A stretch of DNA of 64,000 nt from Candidatus Omnitrophota bacterium (GCA_020632555.1 JACKFI010000005.1:19793-83792), one strand, 5' to 3'. Positions 34,333 through 44,185 are shown, counted from the first letter of the stretch. A program made the numbers and translations. Notes: generated by a model from the sequence alone, not told the origin.

Positions 34333-35196
34333 TTACGAATACAAAGTCCCCGTATTCATAACGGGGGTGACCTCATGTTCAGAAACAAGTGCAACCAAAA
34401 GATTATTGGTCATCTGCGCTTTCTTGTCTGAGTCTAAATCAATCAATTTCTTCTGACTCAGCAGTTGAATGGCATGCTCAACCATCCCGACTGCCCCCTC
34501 GACAATTCTTGCCCGTGCCGCAATAATGGCATCTGCTTGCTGACGGCGCAACATAACCTGTGCAATTTCTGGCGCATAAGCTAAATGGCTGATCCGACTT
34601 TCTAAAACCTCAATCCCGGCAATCTCTAAACGAGCTTGAACTTCTTTACGCAGCTCCTCTGAAACCTCGGCCTGATTTCCTCTCAAAGACTCCTTTTTTT
34701 CTTCTGTGGAATCATAAGAATATTGCGAAGCTAAGGCCCGAATGGCTGTCTCACATTGAATCTTGACAAACTCCTGATAATTCTCAACGTCAAAAAGGGC
34801 TTTGGCGCTATCAACAACTCTCCAAACAACAACCGCAGCAATCTCGATGGGGTTACCCTTTAAATCATTCACTTTCAGCGTTTCACTATTTAAATTATGA
34901 ATCCGCAAAGAAACACTTTTTCTTAAAGTTAACGGATTGACCCACCATAATCCTGAGGCACTGACAGTTCCGATATAATTACCAAAAAAAACAAGCACTT
35001 TTGCCTCATTCGGCTGCACAACAATAAGCCCTCCAACAATGCCTAGGAAAATGGCTATACTGAAAATTGTTAATATTGGATTAGCATGCCTATCAAGTAT
35101 GCCTCCTGTAAAAAAGAGGTATCCTATAATCAACAAAATACCTATCATTATGTAACCACTTACTTTCCAAGCATTTACCTCTTTAATCTTTTCCAT
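34333..35196 (-). CDS. SPFH/band-7 (stomatin/flotillin-like) domain protein
   Basis: TM hairpin followed by '[16 protein letters not shown]...LWWVNPL...[23 protein letters not shown]', typical of the SPFH fold. The start was chosen at MEKIK (35196) for its RBS spacing. Confidence 0.8.
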   Translation of the reverse strand: MEKIKEVNAWKVSGYIMIGILLIIGYLFFTGGILDRHANPILTIFSIAIFLGIVGGLIVVQPNEAKVLVFFGNYIGTVSASGLWWVNPLTLRKSVSLRIHNLNSETLKVNDLKGNPIEIAAVVVWRVVDSAKALFDVENYQEFVKIQCETAIRALASQYSYDSTEEKKESLRGNQAEVSEELRKEVQARLEIAGIEVLESRISHLAYAPEIAQVMLRRQQADAIIAARARIVEGAVGMVEHAIQLLSQKKLIDLDSDKKAQMTNNLLVALVSEHEVTPVMNTGTLYS

Positions 35197-35306
35197 AACC
35201 ATTCTCCTTTTTGATTTATGATATCTTGATTTTGGCTTAAAGAGCGCGAACTGATATTTAAATGATATCATAACAATATCGAATTGTCAAGGGTTGCCAC
35301 GAAGAA

Positions 35307-36639
35307 GGTGATGTACACTCAATTGTGTAAATTCGTTTACTAGCGGTAAAAAGGGCGTATCCTTCCAAAAAAGAGACCAATCTTTAAATGGAAAGGAATA
35401 CGCCCATGAAAACCGCTAACTTCACAGGCAATTTTAGACACAGATGGCAATTTGCCAAGCATTTTTTTGCCGAAACAAACACCGCCAATTTTTGGCTAGA
35501 TATAAACAAATTTGCTAAATCCATGACAAAAGAATTTTTTGAAATCTCCCTCGAGGAAGAAATGATCCAATATCAGCAAAGAAAATCTTACCAAAGAACG
35601 CCAAACCGCCTCGATTACCGTAACGGCCATTACCTGCGTAACATGGATACGGCTTTCGGTCCAATTGAAAATATCCAAGTCCCTCGCTGCCGTTCAGGAC
35701 TTTTTAAGCCTTCAATGTTTAACAAATATCAACGTCGTCAAGACTCGGTCAATCAATCGATCATCAACTGCTTTTTGCTGGGCGTTTCGACCCGCAATGT
35801 TAAAGATGTCTTAAAACCTTTACTGGGCATCAACATCTCGGCTTCAACCGTCTCCAACGTAACAAAAGCTGTTGATAAATTAGTCAAAGAATTCCACAAC
35901 CGCCCACTACTTGATGAATATCAATTTATCTTTATCGACGGCATTAATATCTCTGTGCGCTATGGTTCTAAATCCATCAAAAAAACTGTTCTAGCCGCCT
36001 ACGGTATTACGCTTTTCGGCCAGCGCGAGCTTATAGACTTTCGTATCGTCAAATCAGAATCCAAAGACGCCTGCGAATCTTTTTTAAATTATCTTTTTAA
36101 TCGCGGGCTCAAAGGTGAAAATCTCAAGCTGATAATTACCGACGGTGGCAAAGGGCTCATCAGTGCTTTGGCTATCGTTTACCCAGAAGTCAAACATCAG
36201 CGTTGTTGGTTCCACAAACTTCAAAACATTACCAAACTTCTTAAAAAGAAAGATCAAAATGAAGTCGTCAAAGCTTTGCAAAAAATTTACAACGCACAAT
36301 CTAAAGCCATCGCCCTTAAACGCTTCAAGGATTTTAAGTTTTTATGGAATAAAAAATACCCTGATGTCATCAAGTCTCTTGAAAAAGATTTAGAAGAACT
36401 TCTTAATTTTTTAACGATTCCTATCAAAAAAGAATTTCGTAGCTTTATTCGCAAGCGCATTCGCACCACAAATGTTATCGAACGTTCGTTCCGTGAAGTC
36501 AGGCGCCGGACTCGGCCGATGTCCTGTTTTAACAACAATGACAGCCTTCAACGCATCATTTATGCTGTCTTTTATCGTTTAAATACAAACTGGAAGGCCA
36601 AACCCTTAACCCAATTTACACAATTTATTTGACATTACC
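35307..36639 (+). mobile_element. IS256-family insertion sequence
   Basis: The terminal inverted repeats are GGTGATGTACACTCAATTGTGTAAATT (left) and, as the complement of the right end, GGTAATGTCAAATAAATTGTGTAAATT. 9-bp target duplication CACGAAGAA at 35298-35306 and 36640-36648. Confidence 0.8.
35388..36632 (+). CDS. IS256-family (Mutator-type) transposase
   Basis: 'RNGHYLRNMDTAFGPIENIQVPRCR', 'FIDGINISVR', 'IITDGGKGLISAL' and 'QRCWFHKLQNI' are canonical Transposase_mut motifs. Confidence 0.9.
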   Translation: MERNTPMKTANFTGNFRHRWQFAKHFFAETNTANFWLDINKFAKSMTKEFFEISLEEEMIQYQQRKSYQRTPNRLDYRNGHYLRNMDTAFGPIENIQVPRCRSGLFKPSMFNKYQRRQDSVNQSIINCFLLGVSTRNVKDVLKPLLGINISASTVSNVTKAVDKLVKEFHNRPLLDEYQFIFIDGINISVRYGSKSIKKTVLAAYGITLFGQRELIDFRIVKSESKDACESFLNYLFNRGLKGENLKLIITDGGKGLISALAIVYPEVKHQRCWFHKLQNITKLLKKKDQNEVVKALQKIYNAQSKAIALKRFKDFKFLWNKKYPDVIKSLEKDLEELLNFLTIPIKKEFRSFIRKRIRTTNVIERSFREVRRRTRPMSCFNNNDSLQRIIYAVFYRLNTNWKAKPLTQFTQFI

Positions 36640-36650
36640 CACGAAGAAGG

Positions 36651-37025
36651 CTATACAAGTCGTCCTGTTAGCTTTAAGACTAGAACAAGAAATTTATGTC
36701 GCGTCCCCCAATCAGGATATTCGACTAAATCCTTGCCGCAATGACCTGTCGCCTCAAAACCTTTGATTAAATTCTCTGCCAAAAGTTTATCAGTAATTCC
36801 CGCCCGCTCTAATAATTCCGCCATACCGACTCTTACCGACATTTCGATCTTGTTGGCATGATCTCTCGCATAAGTTTCTGAATAGCCTGCAGACCGAGCG
36901 GCCTTATACTGATTCATCCCTCTAAATCTATTGGCGAAATATTTTCGCTGACGAAGAGTGACTTGTAATCGCGGTTGAACCTCGGTTGATAAATTTCCGA
37001 TTTCAAGTGTCGCGCTTCCCGGCAT
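36651..37025 (-). CDS. phage terminase small-subunit-like HTH protein
   Basis: 'LRQRKYFANRFRGMNQYKAARSAGYSETYARDHANKI' resembles the Terminase_2 N-terminal HTH (KqrkFaeeY...Na.qAa..AGYS...A...a..ll). Confidence 0.5.
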   Translation of the reverse strand: MPGSATLEIGNLSTEVQPRLQVTLRQRKYFANRFRGMNQYKAARSAGYSETYARDHANKIEMSVRVGMAELLERAGITDKLLAENLIKGFEATGHCGKDLVEYPDWGTRHKFLVLVLKLTGRLV

Positions 37026-37028
37026 AAA

Positions 37029-37646
37029 TCACCTCCCGTGTTCTGCACACTCCCGTTGCTGTGGCATAGAATTACCTTTTTTCAATAGCTTAGAGACCGT
37101 TGACTTATCACAGCCTACCTCAGAGCCAATTTGACTTAACGATCTTCCTTGGACTCTTAAATCGAATATTTCTTGCACATTGACTTTTTGTGGCCGCCCC
37201 AATTTTACACCCTTTGCTTTTAAGTGAGTGAGTTTCAATTTGGTTCGCTCAGAAATCATATCTCGCTCAAACTGTGAAAAGGCCGCGACAATATGAAACA
37301 TCAACTTGCCGCTCGCCGTGGTTGAATCAAAATCCTTTTCTGAATAGCTAATAAAATCAACGCCATATTCTTTCAACAAGCCCATCGTATTGACCAACTC
37401 TTTCAGGATCCGGCTGAACCGATCTAATTTATAAACAAGAACCGCATCAATCTTACGCCGACGAGCATCTTCCAGTAAGCGTTGATATTGAGGACGGTTT
37501 TGTTTCATGGCACTTTCGCCATCGTCGATATACTCATCAACAACTTGGCAATTTACTTTTCTGCAATACTCACAAAGAACTTCCAACTGTTGCGCAGACG
37601 TTTAATCCTGAGTGCTAACACGTGCGTAAATTCCGATATTTTTCAC
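37029..37646 (-). pseudogene. small serine recombinase (resolvase/invertase) with an in-frame TAA at codon 15
   Basis: RBS AAGGAG plus the GTG at 37646 gives VKNIGIYARVSTQD*TSAQQLEVLCEYC... The stop at 37602-37604 replaces the conserved Gln of the YxRVSTxxQ catalytic motif. The remainder has the resolvase core and a C-terminal HTH. Confidence 0.7.
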
Positions 37647-38010
37647 TTTTCGACTCCTTTTGTTTGTAGGGAACAAAATTTCCCTTGGCGTTAATGCGTC
37701 CGTGAATATTTTTGAAAAACTTGCCATAAGCGCCTCTTACTTTAAAAGACATAATTCACCCCTTGCAGCAGATGCTTTCCTGCTTTTTAATAACTCATCT
37801 AACACCAAGTTGAATTGTAGCCGAGGATCTCCTGCCGTTTAAGGTCGACCACAATCCTTTCTTGGCTATAACTTCCCTCGCACCGCTCAGGATTCTTGAA
37901 CAATCGTAAAACTTGTCTCACCCAAGCACGTTAGTTTCAGCCGTTCGGAAAGGCGACACACGATCCGTCTCGTTCCAAGTTTGATTTATATTCCGCCAAA
38001 CCCAGAGGTC

Positions 38011-38045
38011 AAAAAAGGCGGCAACAAACAAAAACGGCTCCTTAC
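38011..38045 (-). terminator. Rho-independent terminator-like hairpin (minus strand)
   Basis: The minus strand reads CGGCTCC-CTTGTAA-GGAGCCG followed by TTTTTGTTTGTT. No convincing CDS lies upstream of it. Confidence 0.4.
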
Positions 38046-38218
38046 AAGGGAGCCGTGGCAAAAAATTTGGCAAAGAATACCCGATTTTTGCGGATATTCT
38101 GCTAAACTACTCAAATTAACTTGAAGGAACTTATAACGTAGTAGCGTCGAAGAAGTATCTTTTAAGCTTTTGTTGCGGGGGAAGAGACCGCTTCCCCCCT
38201 TCGGCACTTGCTTTCTCT

Positions 38219-38383
38219 AGCTTTCAAAACTATCCTTTAGCAGAAGCAAGTGCCAGTACTGCTTTCCTTTCATTCCCTTCTAGGAAAAGCATGTACGGCA
38301 CTGATAACCAATAGAACAATTCAAACAATACCCAAAACTTTAATGCCAGTATTGCTTTCCAAAAAATTAGGCCTCCTCTAATA
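38219..38383 (+). repeat. second locus of the 93-bp hairpin element (about 1.2 units) with the same 5' and 3' flanks as 32519-32870
   Basis: TTCAAAACTATCCTTTAGCA...GTGCCAGTACTGCTTTCC...GGAAAAGCATGTACGGCACTGATAACCAATAGAACAATTCAAACAATACCCAAAACTTTAATGCCAGTATTGCTTTCC is collinear with the array after tRNA-Leu. Confidence 0.85.
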
Positions 38384-38392
38384 TTTTATCCC

Positions 38393-38421
38393 TTGCCAAG
38401 CTTGGCATTCCCATATAAAAT
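38393..38421 (+). promoter_or_regulatory. candidate sigma70-type promoter for the pyruvate dehydrogenase operon
   Basis: TTGCCA at 38393-38398, a 17-nt spacer and TAAAAT at 38416-38421, about 55 nt upstream of the aceE start. Confidence 0.4.
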
Positions 38422-38476
38422 ACGAACCTTCATTTAAGAATTTGTCTATTTTTACCATATAGAAAGGGTTGATCCT

Positions 38477-41176
38477 ATGGGCGATGGCGTACAAAAGAGT
38501 TCAGCAACAGTAGACGAAATTGAGATCCAAGAATGGCTTACGTCTCTGGATTATGTTTTAAAACATGGCAGCAAAGAACAAGCCCATCGGATTTTACAGC
38601 AATTGCAAATCAAAGCTCAAGAAGCTGGCGTCACCCTTCCCTTTGCGGTCAATACGCCCTATATCAATACCATCGCTCCCGAAAAACAGCCGCCTTACCC
38701 AGGCAATCGCGAAATTGAACGCCGCATCAAAAGCATTATTCGCTGGAACGCGATGGCCATGGTCATCCGCGGCAATCAAGCTGAAAACGGCATCGGCGGT
38801 CATATTTCAACCTTTGCTTCTTCCGCGACTTTACTGGAAGTTGGTTTCAATCATTTTTTCCGCGCACAAACCAAAGACTTTTGCGGCGACTTCGTTTATT
38901 TTCAAGGCCACGGATCTCCGGGAATCTATAGCCGCGCTTTCGTTGAAGGCCGCTTGACAGAAGAACATTTGATCAATTTCCGACGAGAATTAGCTGCCGG
39001 CGGCGGATTATCATCCTATCCTCATCCATGGCTGATGCCAAACTTTTGGCAATTCCCCACGGTTTCCATGGGTTTGGGCCCGATTATGTCGATTTATCAT
39101 GCCCGTTTTAACCGCTATCTTGAAGATCGCGGCCTAAAAGCCAAAGATGATCACAAAATCTGGGTTTTTATCGGCGACGGCGAATGCGATGAGCCAGAAA
39201 CTTTGGGCGCCATCACCATGGCTTCCCGTGAAAAACTGGACAATTTGATTTTTGTCATCAATTGCAACTTGCAACGTTTGGATGGACCAGTTCGCGGCAA
39301 CGGCAAAATGATTCAGGAACTCGAAGCCCTGTTTCGCGGCGCGCAATGGAACGTCATCAAAGTCATTTGGGGCACCGATTGGGATCCAATTTTAGACAAA
39401 GACACCGATGGCCTGCTGACCAAACGTATGGGCGAAGTGGTCGATGGGCAATATCAGAAATATTCCGTCGAAACCGGCGATTATATCCGCAAAGATTTCT
39501 TCGGCACGGATCCTAAACTCTTGGATATGGTCAAACATCTTTCCGATGAATCTTTACAAAAAATGAAACGCGGCGGCCATGATCCCAATAAAGTTTATAC
39601 CGCTTATAAAGCCGCTGTCGATTTCAAGGGCGCGCCGACCGTTATCATTGCCAAAACCATCAAAGGTTATGGCTTGGGCGAAAGCGGCGAAGGTAAAAAT
39701 ATTTCTCATCAGCAGAAAAAACTTAATGCCGAGGAACTTAAAGAATTTCGTTCACGATTCAACATTCCTATTTCTGATGAGGATATTGCCAAAACACCAT
39801 TCTTCCGTCCGGCAGAAGATTCCCAAGAAATGCAATACCTCAAAGAACGCCGGGAAGCCTTGGGTGGATTTATCCCACAACGTCGAACATCATCAACAGC
39901 GATGCAAACGCCTTGCGAAGAACTTTTTGAAGAATTTTATAAAGGCACCGACGGCCGCGAAGTTTCAACCACCATGGCCTATGTGCGCATCTTAACCAAA
40001 CTCTTAAAAGACAGCACCGTGGGCAAACTCATTGTTCCGATTATACCTGACGAAGCTCGCACTTTTGGAATGGAGGCTTTATTCCGTCAATGCGGCATTT
40101 ACTCCCATGTCGGTCAATTGTATGAACCTGTGGATAAAGACAGCTTGCTCTACTACAAAGAAGCCACCGACGGACAAATCCTCGAAGAAGGCATCAATGA
40201 AGCAGGGGCAATGTCCTCCTTTATCGCCGCGGGCACCGCGTATTCAACTCAAGCGGTTAACACCGTTCCTTTTTACACCTACTATTCGATGTTCGGCCCG
40301 CAAAGAATCGGCGACTTGATCTGGGCTGCCGCTGATATGCGCTGCCGCGGATTTCTCGTCGGCGCGACATCCGGCCGCACAACCTTAAATGGAGAGGGCT
40401 TGCAACACCAAGACGGACACAGTCATTTGCTTTTATCCACTGTGCCCAATTGTTTAGCTTATGATCCGGCTTTTGCTTATGAATTGGCTGTCATCATTCG
40501 TCATGGCATTTACCGTATGTATGAAAAACAAGACAGTGTCTTTTACTATCTTTCCGTTGGCAATGAAAACTATCCGATGCCAGCTATGCCTGTGTCGACT
40601 ACTGCCACAGCTGAAAGCATCAAAGAAGGCATTATTAAAGGAATGTATAAATTTAAAGCTTCCGCGAAAAAAGGTTCAACTCTGCGCGCACAATTATTTG
40701 GCAGTGGCGCGATTATGAATCAAGTGCTGGAAGCCCAAAAAGTTCTAGAAGAAAAATACAATGTCGCCACCGATGTCTGGAGCATCACCAGCTATAATGA
40801 AATCCGCCGCGAAGCATTGCACGTCGAGCGCTGGAATACACTCAATCCGCTGGAGCAACCCAAGGTTCCTTACATTACCAGTTTATTAGCCAAAGAAGAT
40901 GGTGTCTTTGTCGCGGCATCCGACTATATGAAAACTTTGCCGGATGCCATTAGCCGCTGGGTTCCCCGCAAATTAGTCACACTGGGAACTGACGGATTTG
41001 GGCGCAGCGAAAGCCGCAAAGCCTTGCGCAATTTCTTTGAAATGGACAGCCGACATATTGTTTACGCGGCCTTAGGCAGTTTATACCGAGAGAAGAAAAT
41101 CAGCGCGGATATTCTCAAAGCCGCTGCTAAAGACATGGGCATCAATCCGGATAAGTTAAATCCCATGATTAGCTAG
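38477..41176 (+). CDS. aceE: pyruvate dehydrogenase E1 component, homodimeric type
   Basis: 899 aa. 'GGHISTFASSATL', 'GDGECDEPE' and 'NCNLQRLDGPVRGN' are typical of AceE. It is followed by the E2 and E3 genes. Confidence 0.9.
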   Translation: MGDGVQKSSATVDEIEIQEWLTSLDYVLKHGSKEQAHRILQQLQIKAQEAGVTLPFAVNTPYINTIAPEKQPPYPGNREIERRIKSIIRWNAMAMVIRGNQAENGIGGHISTFASSATLLEVGFNHFFRAQTKDFCGDFVYFQGHGSPGIYSRAFVEGRLTEEHLINFRRELAAGGGLSSYPHPWLMPNFWQFPTVSMGLGPIMSIYHARFNRYLEDRGLKAKDDHKIWVFIGDGECDEPETLGAITMASREKLDNLIFVINCNLQRLDGPVRGNGKMIQELEALFRGAQWNVIKVIWGTDWDPILDKDTDGLLTKRMGEVVDGQYQKYSVETGDYIRKDFFGTDPKLLDMVKHLSDESLQKMKRGGHDPNKVYTAYKAAVDFKGAPTVIIAKTIKGYGLGESGEGKNISHQQKKLNAEELKEFRSRFNIPISDEDIAKTPFFRPAEDSQEMQYLKERREALGGFIPQRRTSSTAMQTPCEELFEEFYKGTDGREVSTTMAYVRILTKLLKDSTVGKLIVPIIPDEARTFGMEALFRQCGIYSHVGQLYEPVDKDSLLYYKEATDGQILEEGINEAGAMSSFIAAGTAYSTQAVNTVPFYTYYSMFGPQRIGDLIWAAADMRCRGFLVGATSGRTTLNGEGLQHQDGHSHLLLSTVPNCLAYDPAFAYELAVIIRHGIYRMYEKQDSVFYYLSVGNENYPMPAMPVSTTATAESIKEGIIKGMYKFKASAKKGSTLRAQLFGSGAIMNQVLEAQKVLEEKYNVATDVWSITSYNEIRREALHVERWNTLNPLEQPKVPYITSLLAKEDGVFVAASDYMKTLPDAISRWVPRKLVTLGTDGFGRSESRKALRNFFEMDSRHIVYAALGSLYREKKISADILKAAAKDMGINPDKLNPMIS

Positions 41177-41277
41177 ATTCATATGAAGAACGGTTTGATC
41201 GCCTAGTATATTTTAAAAATAATCCGCAGGGAACGGTCGCGACCGCTCCCTACAATAAAATAACAAAGGATCTTTCT

Positions 41278-42594
41278 ATGCTGACTGAATTTAGAATTCC
41301 TGAAGTCGGGGAAAATATCACCTCTGGCACCGCGGTACGAATCAATGTCACCGTCGGTCAAACTGTCAAAAAAGACCAAGCTCTGTTGGAATTAGAAACA
41401 GACAAAGCCACCATCGAAGTCCCTTCTTCAATTGCCGGTGTGATCAAAGAAATTTTGATTACCGAAGGATCGAAGGTCAATGTTGGACAAATTGTTATGA
41501 AAATTGAAGCTGGCGCCAGCGCACCACAAAAAGCAGAAACAAAATCACCAGCGCCAACTGCTCCAAGACCCGCTTCAACCAACACCGTAGCTGCTGCAGC
41601 ACCTGCTGCAACAGCCACCACAACTACTACACCCGTACAAAAAACAATTACGCCGCCACTATCAAAGGTATCTGTCGCCCAGTTACCTTTAACACAAACC
41701 GAAGTTTCAGCAGCACCTTCTGTTCGCCGTTTGGCTCGCGAACTGGGTATCAATATCGGCGAAGTTCCAGGAACTGGTCCCGGCGGACGTATTTCTAAAG
41801 ACGATGTCAAAGCTTATACCAAGCGCTTAATCAGCGCCGCACCATCATTGACAAGCGGATCTGCTGCAGTCATCCCGTTGCCTGATTTTAGCAAATGGGG
41901 CGAAACACAGCGACAACCCATGAACAATATCCGACGTAAAACAGCGGAACATTTGTCTCATGCTTGGAACGCGATTCCTCATGTCACCCAATTTGACAAA
42001 GCCGATATCACCAATTTAGAAAAACTGCGCAAAAAGTTTTCAAAACCTGATCGCAAATTATCTATTACGCCTTTCCTCATGAAGGTCATCGCTGCCGCTT
42101 TAAAGAATTTTCCTCAATTTAATGCCAGCGTGGATATGGCCAGCGGTGAAATCATTTATAAAAAATATTACACTATCGGTGTTGCCGTCGATACTCCCAA
42201 CGGGCTGCTGGTTCCGGTGATCCGTGATGTCGACAAAAAAACCATTCTTGAACTTTCTCAAGAACTCAATACGCTGGCCGAAAAAGCCCGCGACAAAAAA
42301 CTAAGCATTGATGATATGCGCGGTGGAACATTTACCATTTCCAATCTCGGTGGAGTTGGCGGAACAAACTTTTCTCCGATCGTTAATTGGCCAGAAGTAG
42401 CTATTCTCGGCGTGGCTCGTGCCAGCATGGAACCCAAATATGATCAAACCGGTAATTTTTCACCAGCATTTATGCTGCCTTTGTCCCTCTCTTATGATCA
42501 CCGTTTGATTGACGGAGCAGATGGCGCACGATTCTTACGCTGGGTTGCTGATGCGATTGAACAGCCCTTCTTAATGGAATTAGACAGTAAATAA
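41278..42594 (+). CDS. aceF: dihydrolipoyllysine-residue acetyltransferase (E2)
   Basis: Lipoyl domain 'LELETDKATIEVPS', an Ala/Pro-rich linker, the E3-binding 'PSVRRLARELGINI' and the catalytic 'SLSYDHRLIDGADGARFL'. Confidence 0.9.
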   Translation: MLTEFRIPEVGENITSGTAVRINVTVGQTVKKDQALLELETDKATIEVPSSIAGVIKEILITEGSKVNVGQIVMKIEAGASAPQKAETKSPAPTAPRPASTNTVAAAAPAATATTTTTPVQKTITPPLSKVSVAQLPLTQTEVSAAPSVRRLARELGINIGEVPGTGPGGRISKDDVKAYTKRLISAAPSLTSGSAAVIPLPDFSKWGETQRQPMNNIRRKTAEHLSHAWNAIPHVTQFDKADITNLEKLRKKFSKPDRKLSITPFLMKVIAAALKNFPQFNASVDMASGEIIYKKYYTIGVAVDTPNGLLVPVIRDVDKKTILELSQELNTLAEKARDKKLSIDDMRGGTFTISNLGGVGGTNFSPIVNWPEVAILGVARASMEPKYDQTGNFSPAFMLPLSLSYDHRLIDGADGARFLRWVADAIEQPFLMELDSK

Positions 42595-42617
42595 TTTTTT
42601 AAAAAAGGAATTTTTCT

Positions 42618-44039
42618 ATGTCACAAAATGAACACACCCAACTTGTTGTTATCGGCGGCGGACCGGGCGGATATGCGGCCGCTTTTTTAGCCGCAGATTT
42701 AGGCCTTGAAACCACCTTGATTGACCTGGATGTCAATCCCGGCGGCGTCTGTCTGTTCCGTGGCTGCATTCCCTCAAAAGCTCTGTTGCATGTCGCCAAA
42801 GTTCTTTCAGAATCCCGTGAAGCTAAAGAAATCGGTATCGATTTCGGAGAACCTAAAATTCATTTGGACAAAGTACGAGCTTGGAAAAATAAAGTTATCT
42901 CACAGCTGACCGGCGGCTTGGGCCAATTGTGCAAGCAGCGCAAAATCAAATTCATTCAAGGCCGCGCGACTTTTCTCAATTCTGAGACCTTGACTGTTGA
43001 AAAAACCGACGGCAGTTCCATGCAATTATCTTTTGAAAACGCGATTCTCGCAACCGGCTCAATCCCGGTAACATTGCCTTTTGCTCCGGCATCGGCACGC
43101 ATTCTTGACTCTACCACCGCGCTTAACCTTGAAGATATTCCCGAAAAACTACTGGTCTTAGGCGGCGGATATATCGGCTTGGAGCTAGGAACTGTCTATT
43201 GCGAATTAGGCAGTCAGGTTTCCATCGTCGAAATGATGCCCTATCTTTTGCCGGGGGTTGATCGTGACTTGGGTGTCATTCTCGAAAACCGCATGAAGAA
43301 ACACTTTAAAGCAATCAAGGTTGAAACCAAAGTCAGTAAAATGGAAGAAATCAAAGACGGCATTCGGGTCACGTTTCAAAACAAAGCCGGACAAACATCC
43401 AGCGAAGATTACAGCAAAGTGCTGGTCTCTATCGGCCGCAAACCCAATTCTAAGAATCTTGGACTAGAGAATACCAAGGTCACCTTAACCGATCGCGGTT
43501 TTGTGCAAGTCAATGCCCAGCGTCAAACAACTGATCCGAAAATTTATGCGATCGGCGATATTGCTGGAGACCCGATGCTGGCGCATAAAGCATCCCACGA
43601 AGGACGCGTCGCCGCCGAAGCTATTGCCGGACACAAAGTCGCCTTTGAACCGATGGCTATTCCGGCTGTTGTTTTTACCGATCCAGAAATCGCCTGGTGC
43701 GGTATCACCGAACCAGAAGCTTTAGCTCAAGGCAGAGCCATTAAAGTGGTTAAATTTCCGTGGGGCGCTTCAGGACGTGCGGTAACACTTAATCGCACTG
43801 ACGGCATGACCAAGCTGATCATTGATCCTACAACCGAACGGATTTTGGGTGTTTCCATTTGTGGAGTGGGTGCCGGAGAGATGATTGCCGAAGGAGTTTT
43901 GGCGGTGGAAATGGGAACATTGGCCACCGACTTAAAAATGTCCATTCATCCTCACCCGACGCTATCGGAAACCATGATGGAAACGGCAGAAAGCTTCTTT
44001 GGCCAAAGCACACATATTTATAAACCCAAAAAAGTTTAA
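42618..44039 (+). CDS. lpdA: dihydrolipoyl dehydrogenase (E3)
   Basis: FAD motif 'VVIGGGPGGYAAA', redox-active 'GGVCLFRGCIPSK' and a C-terminal 'HPHPTLSE' dimerisation motif. Confidence 0.9.
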   Translation: MSQNEHTQLVVIGGGPGGYAAAFLAADLGLETTLIDLDVNPGGVCLFRGCIPSKALLHVAKVLSESREAKEIGIDFGEPKIHLDKVRAWKNKVISQLTGGLGQLCKQRKIKFIQGRATFLNSETLTVEKTDGSSMQLSFENAILATGSIPVTLPFAPASARILDSTTALNLEDIPEKLLVLGGGYIGLELGTVYCELGSQVSIVEMMPYLLPGVDRDLGVILENRMKKHFKAIKVETKVSKMEEIKDGIRVTFQNKAGQTSSEDYSKVLVSIGRKPNSKNLGLENTKVTLTDRGFVQVNAQRQTTDPKIYAIGDIAGDPMLAHKASHEGRVAAEAIAGHKVAFEPMAIPAVVFTDPEIAWCGITEPEALAQGRAIKVVKFPWGASGRAVTLNRTDGMTKLIIDPTTERILGVSICGVGAGEMIAEGVLAVEMGTLATDLKMSIHPHPTLSETMMETAESFFGQSTHIYKPKKV

Positions 44040-44063
44040 GAACAAAAAACATTGTATTAAATA

Positions 44064-44096
44064 AAAAAGCCAGCATAATCAGCTGGCTTTTTTATT
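44064..44096. terminator. bidirectional Rho-independent terminator after lpdA
   Basis: AAAAAAGCCAGC-ATAATCA-GCTGGCTTTTTTATT. The GC stem is flanked by an A-run and a T-run. It lies between the convergent genes lpdA and 44186..44656. Confidence 0.75.
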
Positions 44097-44185
44097 ACTA
44101 TGATTGTTTATTATTTTATCCCAAATTTTGCATTACAACACAAACGATACGTTGCGCACAAAAAAGTGAAATGCAAAATTCGGGT

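Noticed and set aside
37986-38207. 73-aa minus-strand ORF
   Set aside because: It reads straight through a terminator hairpin (38011-38045). It has no RBS, and its composition is that of non-coding sequence.
38533-40718. Numerous 60-140-aa ORFs in alternative frames or antisense inside aceE (e.g. 38565..38957, 39579..39995, 40032..40319)
   Set aside because: They are fully nested in a 899-aa ORF with unmistakable AceE motifs and are low-complexity or basic frame artefacts. The same reasoning applies to the nested ORFs inside aceF (41358..41810), lpdA, metG, cysS and the other large genes.
44100-44185. Possible small gene or RNA in the lpdA to DUF192 gap
   Set aside because: The only feature is the bidirectional terminator. 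The rest is AT-rich spacer without structure or an ORF.
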